Position numbers and translations under genes: made by a program. Shown here piece after piece: positions 11,432 to 23,352 of a DNA stretch of 25,896 nucleotides. Position 1 is the first letter of the stretch. Each line of letters starts with the position of its first letter. Below the pieces are notes generated by a model. That model had not been told where the DNA came from and made no database searches. It saw only the letters and a list, made by a program, of their open reading frames with translations. The DNA is from Bugula neritina (lineage: Eukaryota > Animalia > Bryozoa): assembly GCA_964035545.1 (NCBI GenBank), contig CAXIUT010000063.1, forward strand, positions 1 to 25,896, in the 5' to 3' direction.

Positions 11432-11607
11432 CTGGTTATATATTTATGATTTATATATCTGTGAATATATATTTTGAATAAAAGGGAATAGTTCAAATCA
11501 ACAATGAATAAAAATAATTCTAAATACAAATAATAACGTTGCAAATAGGACAAAATCAATGATAATATGAACATTATAAAAATATTTAAACAAATATTGA
11601 TAAGATA

Positions 11608-12327
11608 TCATTCCATCATTTATATTTCTTACTAATTGTCCAATACCTAAGTATAAACAAACTAATATTTACTCACATCCCCTCCAATACTCAAAAACAT
11701 ACCAATAATCGTCGCAGTAAGCGTCCACTAAAAAAAATTACTTTTATCATTTCTTAACAAATCATCCAAATCAAACCCCTTGATCGAACTAACTATCAAC
11801 TGAATAGCCAAAAAGACCAAAATAACATATTTTACATAGAGATTAATAGTACTAATTGCCTTAGTTTTGGAATGCAAGAACGAAATGATGACGGTGTTGT
11901 AGATTTGTGCAAAAAAGGTAAGAATAAAAAAACTAGTCGCACATATCCCGTGCCAGGTCTAGTTCATCTTGCCAGTATCGATCAGTGCAGTACTAAACAT
12001 CAACAGAATTCCTCCTGTGCAACCAGCTACCAATGGTATTTTCGGATGGTATGAATCCAAAGATACTCCACTCTAGGCAGAAACAGTGCTTAAGTAGAAG
12101 AAGTTAGTCAGCCATCCGAGTAGTATGAGCGCTGATCCTGAGATGGTGCTTAATCTGAAGACAAGAAATTATGGATAATGTTGTGCTACTTGACTAATGG
12201 TTCTATGAGGGAAGGGAGGCTCGTGATGGTAGTATTGAGAGATGTAGTAGATGGCTATCAAACTAAAGATAGCAAATGATGCGCCTACTAGATAGAAGAG
12301 ATAGGCAGGAAATGAACCTTTGAACAT
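11608..12327 (-). CDS. Frag1/DRAM/Sfk1-family multi-pass membrane protein (239 aa)
   Basis: About 6 hydrophobic segments. TISQVAQHYP(E)FLVFR, WHGICATSFF and FF(E)W match the family pattern. Confidence 0.75.
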
Positions 12328-12510
12328 TGTTATTATTAGATATATGTTGATTTAGTAATAGAATTTATATCAAGTGTATTTGTTGCTTTTATTCTTGATT
12401 GAAGAGTTTATTCAAGAATTATTGGATATATTTTGTGATTTTTATTTTAGTGATTTCGATCTAAAAAGGAAAGAAGTTTTTTTATCTTTTCTGATGCAGT
12501 TAGAGTGTAG

Positions 12511-12948
12511 ATGTTATTATTGTTTAGAGATTTGTTTACATTTAGGTTACATTTTTATGATAACATCGACTAATATACTTTTCTATCAATTGAAACAAAG
12601 TATAATACTATTACTTATTTATTTCCCTTAAATTAACTCATAACAAGCTCCTATAACACTTACAATGCTTCTCAATAGTCTAAAAAGTCCTATTTTGACT
12701 CTCCATTTGTTCATCGATAATTATCATATCTCAACGATTCTTAATTTATCTACCTGCACCACCTTTAAAACCTATTAAATATTTATCTACAGATATCAAA
12801 TCATCCAAAACATTTCTCAATCAACCACCCCAAAAATAGACTATCCAAAATATCCATCTATCTTTCAGTTAAAGTCAATAACAACATCCTATCCCCTACT
12901 TAGTTATAGATCTCACTCACTTACTATGATATATATTTATTCTGGTGA
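12511..12948 (+). CDS. Possible hypothetical protein (145 aa)
   Basis: The only long TGA-free frame found in this gap. No recognisable motif. Confidence 0.4.
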
Positions 12949-13053
12949 TGGTTGGTAGCATATGCTCCTATAATCTATTTAATTCTTATTCCTTGGCGTA
13001 TAATAACAGTTCAAGTCCATTACTTATAATAATAATTCTTCAATTGATTCAAA

Positions 13054-14687
13054 ATGGACTACGATGCTCGTAAAGACTCACTGTTATCTGAACAGTAATC
13101 ATAAAAAGTCTAAATCTACCTCTCGGCACGTAAGATAGGAGCCTCTCTTGTCTCAGCCTAAGCTTTTCTACAAGAAGGCAATAAACCTAGAAAAAATGTT
13201 TTTGCTTCAAAATCGACACAAGTACACTCATCCAGAGCTGATTTTGCCAATTCCATCGTTCTCTAATATTTTTTTGAATGTAAAACTGTTTTTATGAAGA
13301 TCGACAAAAATTGTTTTTTGATGTTTACGACTGTTCAAGCCAACCTCGCACCCTTCTAGGCAAGATATCAACCACAGTAGGATAGATCTTCAACGGAAGA
13401 GACAAAGGAATCATCAAAGATATCTAAAAGAATGGAGATCCCAATGGACAAATGCTACTCAAATGCTAAAAAGTATAAAGAGGAACACAAAAATATGTAT
13501 AATTCGATGTCGTTACTAGAAATCTAGACGTAGGATCATCTTTTCTCTGTTTTGGGGAAGGAAGCGCCCAATGGAAACTCTACAAAATAAAAAACAAAGA
13601 AGAATATCTTCTGTACTAGAGTTAAACCAGATAAGGCAAAAACAACAGATACAATCACTTCAAAATCAACTAAAAAAGATTATGCAACAATAACCCACAA
13701 CAGCCAGTCATCATCCGCTTCTTCAACGACTCAACTATGATCGGATAATCTTATTTCAACTTACAAACTCTCCAAGAAGGAAAACACAGATTAACTCTAA
13801 CCGCCTCAGGCTCATAAAGAGGCATAGTTATGTTCTAACACTACAAACAATACGTCAAACACGCCTTCACAGACTACCTCTCATCAGGCATGCAAATGGC
13901 CATGGTCCTATGCATCGATTTCACAGCAAGCAACGGCATACAGACAGCCAACTCCTCCTTGCACTACCATAACGCACACAAAAGAAGTCAATACGAATAG
14001 GCATTGCATGAAGTGAGTGCAATTGTGCTCGACTATGACACTGATAAGTTAGTACCATGCTTTGGATTTGGAGCTAAAGTCAATATGCCTACTTTCAATA
14101 CCTACAACAAGGTGCACCATTGCTTCCCTCTCAACGGATCATAAGCCAACCCGAATCTCTTCGAATTAGCTGGAATGGAATAAGGCTATCGAAGATGTCT
14201 ACCCAGTCTACAATTTTCAGGTCCTACATATTTCGCTCCTCTCCTCAGAGAAGCCATGAACGTCTGTCAAAACATGAAAGCATAACAAAAAGAATACATG
14301 ATTCTTCTGATTCTAACTGATGGTATCATCCACGACAAAGAAGACGTGAAAGATCTACTAGTCAAATGCGGTAGACTACCATTGAGCATAATTATCATTG
14401 GCATTGGAGATAACGGAGGTGATGATTGGTAGATCATGAACTAGTTGGATGACGATGACATGCAGATGGTAGATAAGTAAGGGAACAGGACAGTTAGAGA
14501 TCTAGTTCAATTTGTAGAATTTCAAAAATTTCATAACAATGGAGTTGAACTAGCCAGCCAGGTTTTATATTAATTGCCTAGACAAGTTTAAGACTATCAT
14601 ACTTTGTGTGGACTCACTCCTGAAGTGTATAGAAAACATTTGGATTTGGATATTAGAGATCAAATGAGTAGAGTTAATAGACGTTGA
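13054..14687 (+). CDS. Copine (two degenerate C2 domains plus vWA domain, 537 aa); intron 13280-13299
   Basis: FTDYLSSGMQ, CIDFTASNG, SLHY, DYDTDK, FGFGA, HCFPLNG, SGPTYFAP, ILLILTDG, LPLSIIIIGIG, RDLVQFV, VLYELPRQV. Confidence 0.93.
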
Positions 14688-14836
14688 TTTTATTAATATT
14701 ATAGTTTATTTCTTAATATTTAGTTTATTGTTAGTATTTTATTGTTACTTAGAGTTTTATGTGACTATCATTATTGTTATCTATTCTTATTGATAGTTTT
14801 TATGGAACTGTCTTTGATTTGATGTACTATATATAT

Positions 14837-15693
14837 ATGATGAGATCTTTGCTAAGAATGGGTAGATTTGGATCTATGACCAAATTCAACTACTCCAACA
14901 TCAAACTATCTATTGCTGCAGATAAATAAACTGCCTTCTTGACACTGGCTAATTAAAAAAAAAGAAATACACTTTCTATGCAAACCATCAAATAAATACA
15001 AAGTGCACTCGCTGAAGTATCATCTAAAATATAAAACAATCGTCTTAAAGTATTACATATTTGAAGTAGATGCTTGTTCTAAACAGTTAAGGACCTGTCT
15101 TTTCATCAGGCCACGACCTCAAGTAAATAAAAGCTTCATAAAAACCTCAAGATATCTTCAACTAATGCACAAAAACACTTCTTTTCTTAAAGAAAATGCC
15201 TATAATCACATTATGTGCCATTAACGGAGTAGCTGCAGCTGGTGGACTGCAAATGGCTCTCACTTGTGATTTGCTTATAGCCACTTAGAAGTCAACATTC
15301 AGTACGCCAGGAGTCAAATGGGGTTTATTTTGTTCAACTCCAGGAGTCCAATTGGTCCGCACCATAACTTCCTAGAAAAAAGCCAACGAAATGCTTCTAT
15401 TTGGGTAACCAATATCAGCCCAATAAGCTTTACAGTATGGACTAGTGAACAAAGTAGTAGCAAATGATAAATTGTAATAAGCAGTCGATGGATATATCAA
15501 AAAAGCAAATGGTTTGAGCGGAGAAGTGTTAGCTTTGGGCAAGAGAATACTCAGTGATCAGGTTGATTGTGATTTGTAGAAGGCTTATTGCGTGGCTACA
15601 GAGGGAATGAGAGAGAATATCATAGAGAAAGAAGACTGTAGGGAAGGATTAAGTGCGTTTTCATAAAAAAGACATCCACATTTTAAGAAATGA
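14837..15693 (+). CDS. ECHDC3: Enoyl-CoA hydratase/crotonase, ECHDC3-like, probably mitochondrial (278 aa); intron 15050-15069
   Basis: Arg-rich N-terminal presequence, KKRNTLS, GPVFSSGHDLK(E), AAAGGLQ, CDL, FSTPGVKWGLFCSTPG, G(E)PISAQ(E)ALQYGLVNKVV, EGLSAFS(E)KRHP. Confidence 0.88.
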
Positions 15694-15760
15694 TCGGTTG
15701 ATTCTAAATAAGATTTAGTTGATAAATTAAAAGGTTAATATAATTAGATCTCCTAAGAAG

Positions 15761-16594
15761 ATGCTAAATAAATATTCACCCCATCTCTTCAAATATCTAT
15801 ATTCCACAATAAATCTAAAAATATATCCTGAAAAATCAACAGCATATCTCACTCTAACCAACCCGAACAAAAGAAATCCTCTATCTTTGTCTACCATTCA
15901 ATAGCTATCATCCAGTCTCAAAGAAGTGCAGTCAAAAATATAAGATAATAACCTCAAAGTAACAACCTTTGTATGATAGATATTGATACTAAGAGGATAG
16001 GGTAGTGTATTTTCTGCAGGACATGATTTAAAAGAACTCAAATATACAAAAAATCCTTAAATAATATTCTAATAGTGTATGAAAATGATGCTACTTCTCA
16101 AATACCTTCCCATTATTACTCTTTGTGCAGTTGATAATATTGTAACAGCTGCAGGACTTCAACTAGCATTGACTTGTGATCTGATAGTTGCAACAAAAAG
16201 TGCCAGTTTTGGGATACCAGGCATGAAAAGAGGATTATTTCCATCAACTCCTTTAGTACAACTGCAAAGATGTTTGAAATCAAGCTGCATAACCAAAGAA
16301 ATAGTAATTATTGGTGATATGATGAATGCCAATGAAGCTTTTGATAATGGATTGATAAATAAAGTAGTAGAAAACGATCAGTTAGAAAATTAGATCAATA
16401 ACTACATCAATAAAGCAAACAATATCAATAGATAAGTACTTTAGATAATAAAAAGAAATATTTCTTCATAAAGATAAATAAAAAAATAACCAATTTATCA
16501 CACAACTTAAGCCATAACTCAAAATATAATATAGATCGATGACTGCTACTAAGATGTATCAGCATAGTAAAATAAGAAAGAATATAAAAAATGA
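15761..16594 (+). CDS. Second, diverged ECHDC3-like crotonase paralog (270 aa); intron 15959-15979
   Basis: NPNKRNPLS, VFSAGHDLKEL, TAAGLQLALTCDL, FGIPGMKRGLFPSTP, GLINKVV. The intron sits at the same position (after ...LK) as in the upstream copy. Confidence 0.85.
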
Positions 16595-16606
16595 TGGAAA
16601 TACTGA

Positions 16607-17182
16607 TCATGGACTATACTGTTGTTCTTCTTATTAATTATTTTTTTATTGCCTAACAAAGGATAAGTTCCTTTTCTACAAAGCATGACTCTTAGATCGA
16701 TAATCCGGTGAATACCCTCTCCTTTTATTCAACAAACTTCCCGGCCTTCGATTCATCAACTCTCCAAAAGGCGCATACTTAACCTGCGTCTTTCCCAGAA
16801 TCTCGCTGCCTGCTTTAGTCCTAGGCATAGATACTTTGTCTTTTTGGTTGAAAGAATCCTGAGAACGTCGCATGTTGATACATGATTTATGTTCGTATTA
16901 GTGATTTTTTATCACATTTACTTCAGGTACTTTGCAGAGGTTGTCCTTCAGATGCTTATGGTAGTTTTTACTACGTCGCTAGAAATAAGGATAGTCCTTG
17001 CTTGGAGAATATTTCAGGCCCATCTGATTAATATGCTGGGACACCTTTCCATTGTAGAAATAGTTTTTGAGGTGAGGGTCTGATAGTGGATTGTAGTATG
17101 GAAGAGGGACTTAGCAGATGTGATAGTTAGTAACAAAGGGTCTTTCTGATATTGGTGAAGGTAGATAGTTGCTTCGGCGCAT
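16607..17182 (-). CDS. Hypothetical basic protein (191 aa) with YNPLSDPHLKNYF...HINQMGL motif
   Basis: 576-nt open frame that includes track ORF 16676-16873. The motif resembles the YNxLxDxHLxxYF block of ERICH3-type ciliary proteins (from memory, low certainty). Confidence 0.65.
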
Positions 17183-17335
17183 TCAATAAAATTAAAATTT
17201 ATTCTGGAATAGATAGATTTGTGGTTATTGAGCTTTAATTTGATGCTATTCTAGATTTTTAGAGCTAATATTCAATATTTAATTAAATTTGCAAGTTAAT
17301 TTTCAAAAATAAAGATTTCTAGATTTTATTGTTGA

Positions 17336-18711
17336 TCATTCTTTCACTTAAGTTTAAACTTTTTATTCTTTTGGTGGCTATCCTGGTGTCTAATACCCTG
17401 GAGTTATCTCTACAGAATTTTATCCAGGAGTCACTTCTCCTGGAATCTATATTTTATCCTCTTTCTCTTATACTTTCTCTTATACTTTCTCTTGTACTTT
17501 CTCTTGTACTTTTTCTTATACTTTCTCTTATACTTTTTCTTATACTTTTTCTTATACTTTTTCTTATACTTTTTCTTCAGTTTTTACCCTTTATTTTTAC
17601 TGAGGAGTTGCTTTTCTCTCTTAAACTTATTGGTTTTATACTTTTTATCCAGTTTTTGGTCTTTAACTTTCCTGAGGAGTTGCCTTCCTTGATTAATCTT
17701 TTTATCTTTCCTTCTTTTATCCTGTTTGAACTCTCTAACTTTCCTGAGGTGTTGCTTTTCTTTCTTCTGATCTTGGAGCCTCTTCTACTTTACGCGAACT
17801 ATATATTTCTTTATCAGATAGTTCTCCTCTTCCTCTTTAACTATCTTTCTGTTGTTCAAGATACTAATCGAAATGTTATAAATAAAAATAACTTTTCACC
17901 ATTTCTTCAACATTTTCCATCTAATTTTCCATCATTTCCAAAATATGACAATTTTCCAAAGGCGAACTCATCCTATACTCCGATTCCGGATGATAGATCT
18001 AAAGCTGAGGCAAATTAATACTAAATTGCTGTCCACTTCTTTAAAATATATAAGGACCTTAATCATACCTTTATTCGTTATTAGTATTCGTTCCCATTTT
18101 AGATTAAATCTTCTCATAGTCAATAACAACCATCGATCCTTCCTGCTTCATCGCACTTTCAATCGATCTAACCAACTTATTACCAGGTACATGCATAGTT
18201 AACAACTTCAGATAAGCCATAGGCAAGGACTAGATAATTCTGTTGGTTTGTAGTGACTAGATAGTAAAAGATTTCAGCGTTACAAGTAGCTTATGTTGTT
18301 TGTGTTAGTAAATTCCTTTGAGGACAGCTCTAGCATCGTGATATGTTTTTTTTTGTCCATTTCTTTTAGAATCAGAAGGCACATCTCTTTAATTTTCCAT
18401 TTATTTGTCGATAGGAAGTGCAACTGCTCCAAATTTTTGAGCCTGATGCAACCGAGTAGTTCCAACAAAATTTCTATGCAATAAAACACCAAAATTATTA
18501 ACAGTATTTTAAAAATTACCATAAGAGTACTTAGATATTCCAGCCAATGAATTAGCATTGTTGCCATCCTATCCATCAAATCTTTATCGTCAGATAAGTA
18601 CCTTTCAAGACTCTATTGGAGAACCTTGGATGCTGTCATTGAATTTCCCACTTTGGGACCTATTTTTAGATATTGGATCTGAGAGGGAGTCAGTGATTGA
18701 TGCTATGACAT
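17336..18711 (-). CDS. Hypothetical protein (451 aa) with acidic repetitive C-terminus; intron 18582-18601
   Basis: ATG 18711. A 20-nt GTACTT...AAAG intron shifts into a frame open to TGA 17336-17338. It contains 3 x RKATPQE and about 10 x EEKV. Confidence 0.75.
17461..17578 (-). repeat. 12-bp coding tandem repeat encoding (EEKV/QEKV)n
   Basis: About 10 units of GARAAAGTAYAA on the minus strand. Confidence 0.9.
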
Positions 18712-18841
18712 CTTATTAGTTATAATATATGTTATACATATCATGCAATAGATATTTTTGCCATTCAATCAGTTCTATTACTTAAAAGATAAATCAAATG
18801 AGATATTGTTTAATAGAATAAGATGTATGCAATAAACGCTA

Positions 18842-20626
18842 TCATTTCTTTTTGTGTCTACCTGCAGGACTGCCCAACCCGCCATCTCTTATCTGTTCCT
18901 GCACTGATTCCTTCAACCCACCGATTTTACTCTATGTTTTAACTGGATCTTTCTTATAACAAGTCGACAACATAATCGATGCCAGCTTTCTGGCCTCCTA
19001 TGCAGGATTATTAACGTTTTCCAGCCCGAAATCAAGGGCACTAATGGGCACAGTATGCCCACCGCCTCCCAATCCATACTGATCTACCATTTTATTCAAC
19101 ATAGCCAATCGAGTAGTGATCTGTTTGCTACTCAACTTGCCTTTATACTTAGCCAACAACAGACTACAACTTTCTACTCCATAAAGTGGAGATTGAGTCA
19201 TCTGCGCAAATGTCTGTTAGGTAGCTGTTTTTATTTTAGCATTGTTGTCAGTTAGTCTCTTCACCACCTCCCGACCTATATCGTTTAAATCGTTATGTTA
19301 GTCGCCTGGTTTAGTCATCAACTGAGTATCGTTGTTGAGTTTTAATGTTTACTGGAGTAGTTTGAAGGATTGGATTGTTACTTGGAAGTTTATTTGCCTA
19401 GAACTGTGTTTTACAATGGTTATTAGTGTTTTTAGCAAACCGATGTCTTTCTGTTTTGTTGCTAGTGATGATGATATTGAATGAAGACTGTCCAAATTGT
19501 GTTGCCAATGAACAGAAAAAAACTTTTTTACTGTCTATTCATCAAAATACTCTTGCATAACTGTTGCATCTTTTATATATTTGCCCTAAACCTCTTACAA
19601 TGGTGGTGGTGCTTTAGGTTTCTAATCTGCCAGTTAGTCAGCTTCTGTCCTAGGTCCATTCTTCAAAGTAGGTATAACTCGTTAGTCATAATTCTCAATA
19701 GGTGGGGGATGGTGTTTTATGGCTCTTGAATGTGCCATTTTCGATGAATGTCGAGACTGACTCAAAGGATTATGCTACATAAATTAATTTCCTCCTCCCT
19801 CTTGAGGTTTATGGATCTATGCAAATTAGTTTTATTCAAATTACGGTTGCTATTGATACTACTCCTGTTTTTCTTATAATATTCCATCGATTTATTCTTT
19901 ATGCTTCTATATTTATACTTTTATTTGTTTAGCCAACTAGTAATCCTAGTTCTAAATCGCCTGATTAATTCTAATACGATTTTCCTTGAGTTTTCCCTTT
20001 ACTTGCATTATCAAATTAATCGTGCTCTTAAAATAATTAGCACTCTAGTAATCCTAATCAGCTATTGCTTTCTCCTTCTCAACTATCAACTTATTCACCC
20101 TCACTTGCACATACTTATCATCATCTTCATTCAACACCTCATCCTAGTCCTCCTCTTTCTACTAGTGCTCACTCAAACCAACCTCAGGAGTCTAACTGCC
20201 AACAAGCGTCAGTGCCTGTAGTCCAATTTGACTAAAAAAGTTTTATTTAGAATTATGCGGTTTATGAAACAACAGCCTCAGATACAAGCAGTTGATATCG
20301 ACCATAATGGATTTTTGTTCGCGATGACTGCCACCTTACTGTCGGTTGAACTGCAAATAGCCATATTTATAAAACCTCTGTTCTTGGTTGCCAGTGGGCA
20401 CGTAGTAGAGAAGATCAACCTGTGATGATATTTTTGAATGATGAGATACAAATTCTAGTTTTCTGATATTAACCACCCCGTAAAACTAAAGTGTTATTTA
20501 TTGAGGATAAGTGCAAAAACGACGAGATTGCCAGCCCTAAGATCCAGGAAACAATAATGATGATACCGGGTATTATTGCTATTAGGTACTGCACGATATT
20601 ATTTTGAATTTCAGCTTATGACTCAT
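18842..20626 (-). CDS. CEP104: CEP104/FAP256-like ciliary/centriolar protein (594 aa): jelly-roll domain, coiled coil, TOG-like region
   Basis: MSHKLKFKIISCS, GWQSRRFCTYPQEITLEF, IRKLEFVSHHSKISS, REQKSIMVD, YLRLLFHK, QIGLQAL, two EDYExA repeats, YDERVIP, then a helical region with RLTDNNAKIK. This matches the recalled CEP104 N-terminal organisation. Confidence 0.85.
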
Positions 20627-20809
20627 CTCTATTATTATTATTTTATTATTATGTAACGATAAGGTCAAGAATGCTTTTATTATGGTTCTAGGGATGTGAG
20701 GTTTTTATTGTTGTATTATGCGAAAGGAGATTAGTATTTATAGTAGAATTTATTATGAGTTATAAATCAAATAAAATTATACTTCCATTGTTATAAATTA
20801 TTTAGAAAC

Positions 20810-21951
20810 ATGGCACAAAGAATCTATCCCTAGGATTACAGCTGCATCATCTAGCCAGTCAACAACAAAGGTGGCATTTTCATTGGCAACCTCTAAGCAG
20901 CCCAAAACATCAACACCCTCAAAAGTACCTCGCTTCTTATTTAGAACATCAAATCAAAGCCATCCTCACTGCAGCTAAAGGAGTGGAATTGAACCACTCC
21001 CGCACAGATATTCCCTACTTCCTCTACATTCCAGCCGAGGATCACTAGTCCTTCGACATCAGCAAATACATGCACCAAGGAGCCAACTACATCAACGACT
21101 GTCTCCAAAGAACCAACATCATGGTCCACTGTCTAGCAGGAGTCTCAAGATCAGTTTCACTAGTTATCAGCTATTTCATCAAACACCAAGGCTACTAGTT
21201 CAAACAGGCCTATGATCTAATCAAGAGAAGAAGGTCAATTATCCATCCCAATGATGGCTTTATCTAACAGCTAAAACAGTTTTAAAGAGAAGTATCAAGA
21301 ACATAAACTAAATCTATCGCTTCTTCACCCTCTAGATCAAGATTACAAAGATAAAGTTCTTTATCTTCCAGTCCTACCAAAAAATATGGACATAGCAAGT
21401 AAATTGAAGCCATTTTATCCAAATATTAGAATTATAAAAATATTTCCTATGCTCCATCAACTACCACAAACAAAAACCCTTAATATCCAGCCCTTTAGCT
21501 AAAAAAAACATAAAGCTATCCCATGGACTATAGTGAATAAAGACAAAAATTCAAACCCAAGAGAGTCGCATCTATGAGCATCGACCGACCATAACTATAA
21601 CAAAACTACTAACGCGAAGGATATCGAAGAAAGGTGAGTAATCTAGAATACAGCCATCCCCTTGAAAGTATTCAGAATAAGACAGGACAGATAAGTCAAT
21701 ATGGAGCTACCAGTGATATTGACAAGAAGATACAAGAGATCAGAAAGAAATATCAGTAGTATCAGAAGGAGTCGAATAGTGGGTATAGTCGATTGGCATC
21801 TAGAAGTACTTTTGATGAGAATTCATCTAGAGGCATTGTTCAAAATTCTGGATAGGGAAATTATTTAGATTTTATTAGGGAAAGGAAATCGATTTAGACT
21901 GGACAAGTAGGTGGTAGGTTAAAAAGATTAACATCTTTCCAGGAGTATTGA
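20810..21951 (+). CDS. Dual-specificity protein phosphatase with Ser/Arg-rich tail (373 aa); intron 20925-20944
   Basis: GIFIGNL, IKAILT, AED, VHCLAGVSRS (HCx5R active site at ~21124-21153), PNDGFI(E)QLKQF(E). Confidence 0.93.
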
Positions 21952-21999
21952 TCTGTTTGGATTATTAATTAATAAATATAATTTAATAGTTAAGATACG

Positions 22000-23277
22000 A
22001 TGCCCAAGAGTATTAGAAAAGATAAGCTTTTAAACTATAAGACAAATAAGATCACAATGTCTAGTAATATCACATATAGATAGATAAAATAAGTTATTTA
22101 GGGAGATAAATACAAAAAAGACAAGACTCATTGAATTTATTCGAATCAGCAAGTTTACAACTAATGAAAGAAAATCAATAAAGTTTTTTTATTTCAATTT
22201 AGAAATGTCGATAATGCAACAAAAATGGTAGGAATCATTCGATAATTATTACATCTTTTTAAATAAAAAATCAGAAAATATTGATTAAAACTAATAAAAA
22301 CAACAAGCTTCTTTGAAAGAGCTTTAAAACAAATAAAAAAAGTTCAATTCTTTTTTGGATAAATTTAAATAAAATGAAAGATAATATTAAGTGTACATAC
22401 AATAAATAAAAGAACAAAATATTAAATTAGTTAATTAAAATAATTAGTGGTATTAATAGTAAATTAAAAGACAAAGTAATGAAAATTTAAGAGTCACTCA
22501 ATAGACAAGTCGATAAAACAACTAGCGAAATAGAAATACAAGCTAATTAAATAGAAATACAAGCTAATTAAATAGAAATAGAAGCTAATTAAATAGAAAT
22601 AGAAGTTAATTAAATAGAAATACAAGCTAATTAAATAGAAATAGAAGCTAATTAAATAGAAATAGAAGTTAATTAAATAGAAATACAAGCTAATTAAATA
22701 GAAATAGAAGCTAATTAAATAGAAATACAAGTTAATTAAATAGAAATAGAAGTTAATTAAATAGAAATACAAGCTAATTAAATAGAAATACAAGTTAATT
22801 AAATAGAAATGCAAACTAATAAAATAGACCACGGATTTAAAATAATCCTTAAGAGAGATAAATAAGTAATTGGACATTATTTTTCAGAACAATTTTATAA
22901 TCTCTTCTTGTTTGATCTTCGCTATTTCTATTATGCAAATATTATCCTACAAGTATGCTGGAAATATTGTCAATAATCTAGAGGATATTTAAAAATTTGA
23001 AAAATAAATTTCTTAGATAAATAATACAGACACCCTTTAATCACAAAAAAAAATATAATAAAACCAAAATAAAATATAAAATAAATAAAAATCGAACTTT
23101 AAAATTAAGAAAGATATTCATAATTTAAGTTTGTTATTTTTGATTTTTACCATTCTTAATAGTGTGGTTGGACTTCTTTTTGCAATAAAGCATTGGCAGT
23201 ATGTTTGCTTCTTAAATAATTAATCTAATCAAAGAGTACATCCACAAATTAATATAAATGATAGTATAGCAAATTGA
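22000..23277 (+). CDS. Hypothetical repeat-containing membrane protein with two C-terminal TM segments; needs two compensating 1-nt indels
   Basis: A long TGA-free frame runs from ~22005 to 22910. Adding one T near 22910 gives a clean TM segment (WTLFFRTILESLLVLIFAISIMQIL). A second TM (LSLLFLIFTILNSVVGLLFAI) precedes TGA 23275-23277. Confidence 0.5.
22528..22821 (+). repeat. 21-bp tandem repeat, about 14 units (AAATAGAAATA[C/G]AAG[C/T]TAATT)
   Basis: 13 near-perfect units and one degenerate unit, no spacers. TGA-free in all three + frames. Confidence 0.95.
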
Positions 23278-23352
23278 TTTCTTGATAGTTTATTCAAAAA
23301 ATATTTAAGTAATTAATAATTATATTGTACAATATTGTGTTGCATTTATAGA

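Noticed and set aside
12361-13047. TGA read as Trp, which would extend the 12511 ORF on both sides (ambiguous stop code)
   Set aside because: No conserved gene in the window has an in-frame exonic TGA. Trp is always TGG at conserved sites (DFGWS, DIWS, GWQS).
17461-17578. TAA/CAA alternation in the repeat, suggesting TAA=Gln
   Set aside because: It is outweighed by many invariant Glu positions encoded by TAA or TAG. A single transition copied by repeat expansion explains it.
17329-18018. Track ORFs rich in Leu/Phe/Ile/Tyr (17329-18018 +, 22494-22877 -, 23766-24206 -) that look like membrane proteins
   Set aside because: They are antisense shadows of Glu/Lys-rich genes on the opposite strand.
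20175-20185. AAACCAACCTC matches the core of the Tetrahymena chromosome breakage sequence
   Set aside because: The flanks do not fit the 15-bp consensus, it lies inside the CEP104 coding region, and it is retained mid-chromosome. A chance match is likely.
22528-22821. Possible CRISPR array
   Set aside because: The repeats are contiguous with no unique spacers, the context is eukaryotic, and no cas genes are present.
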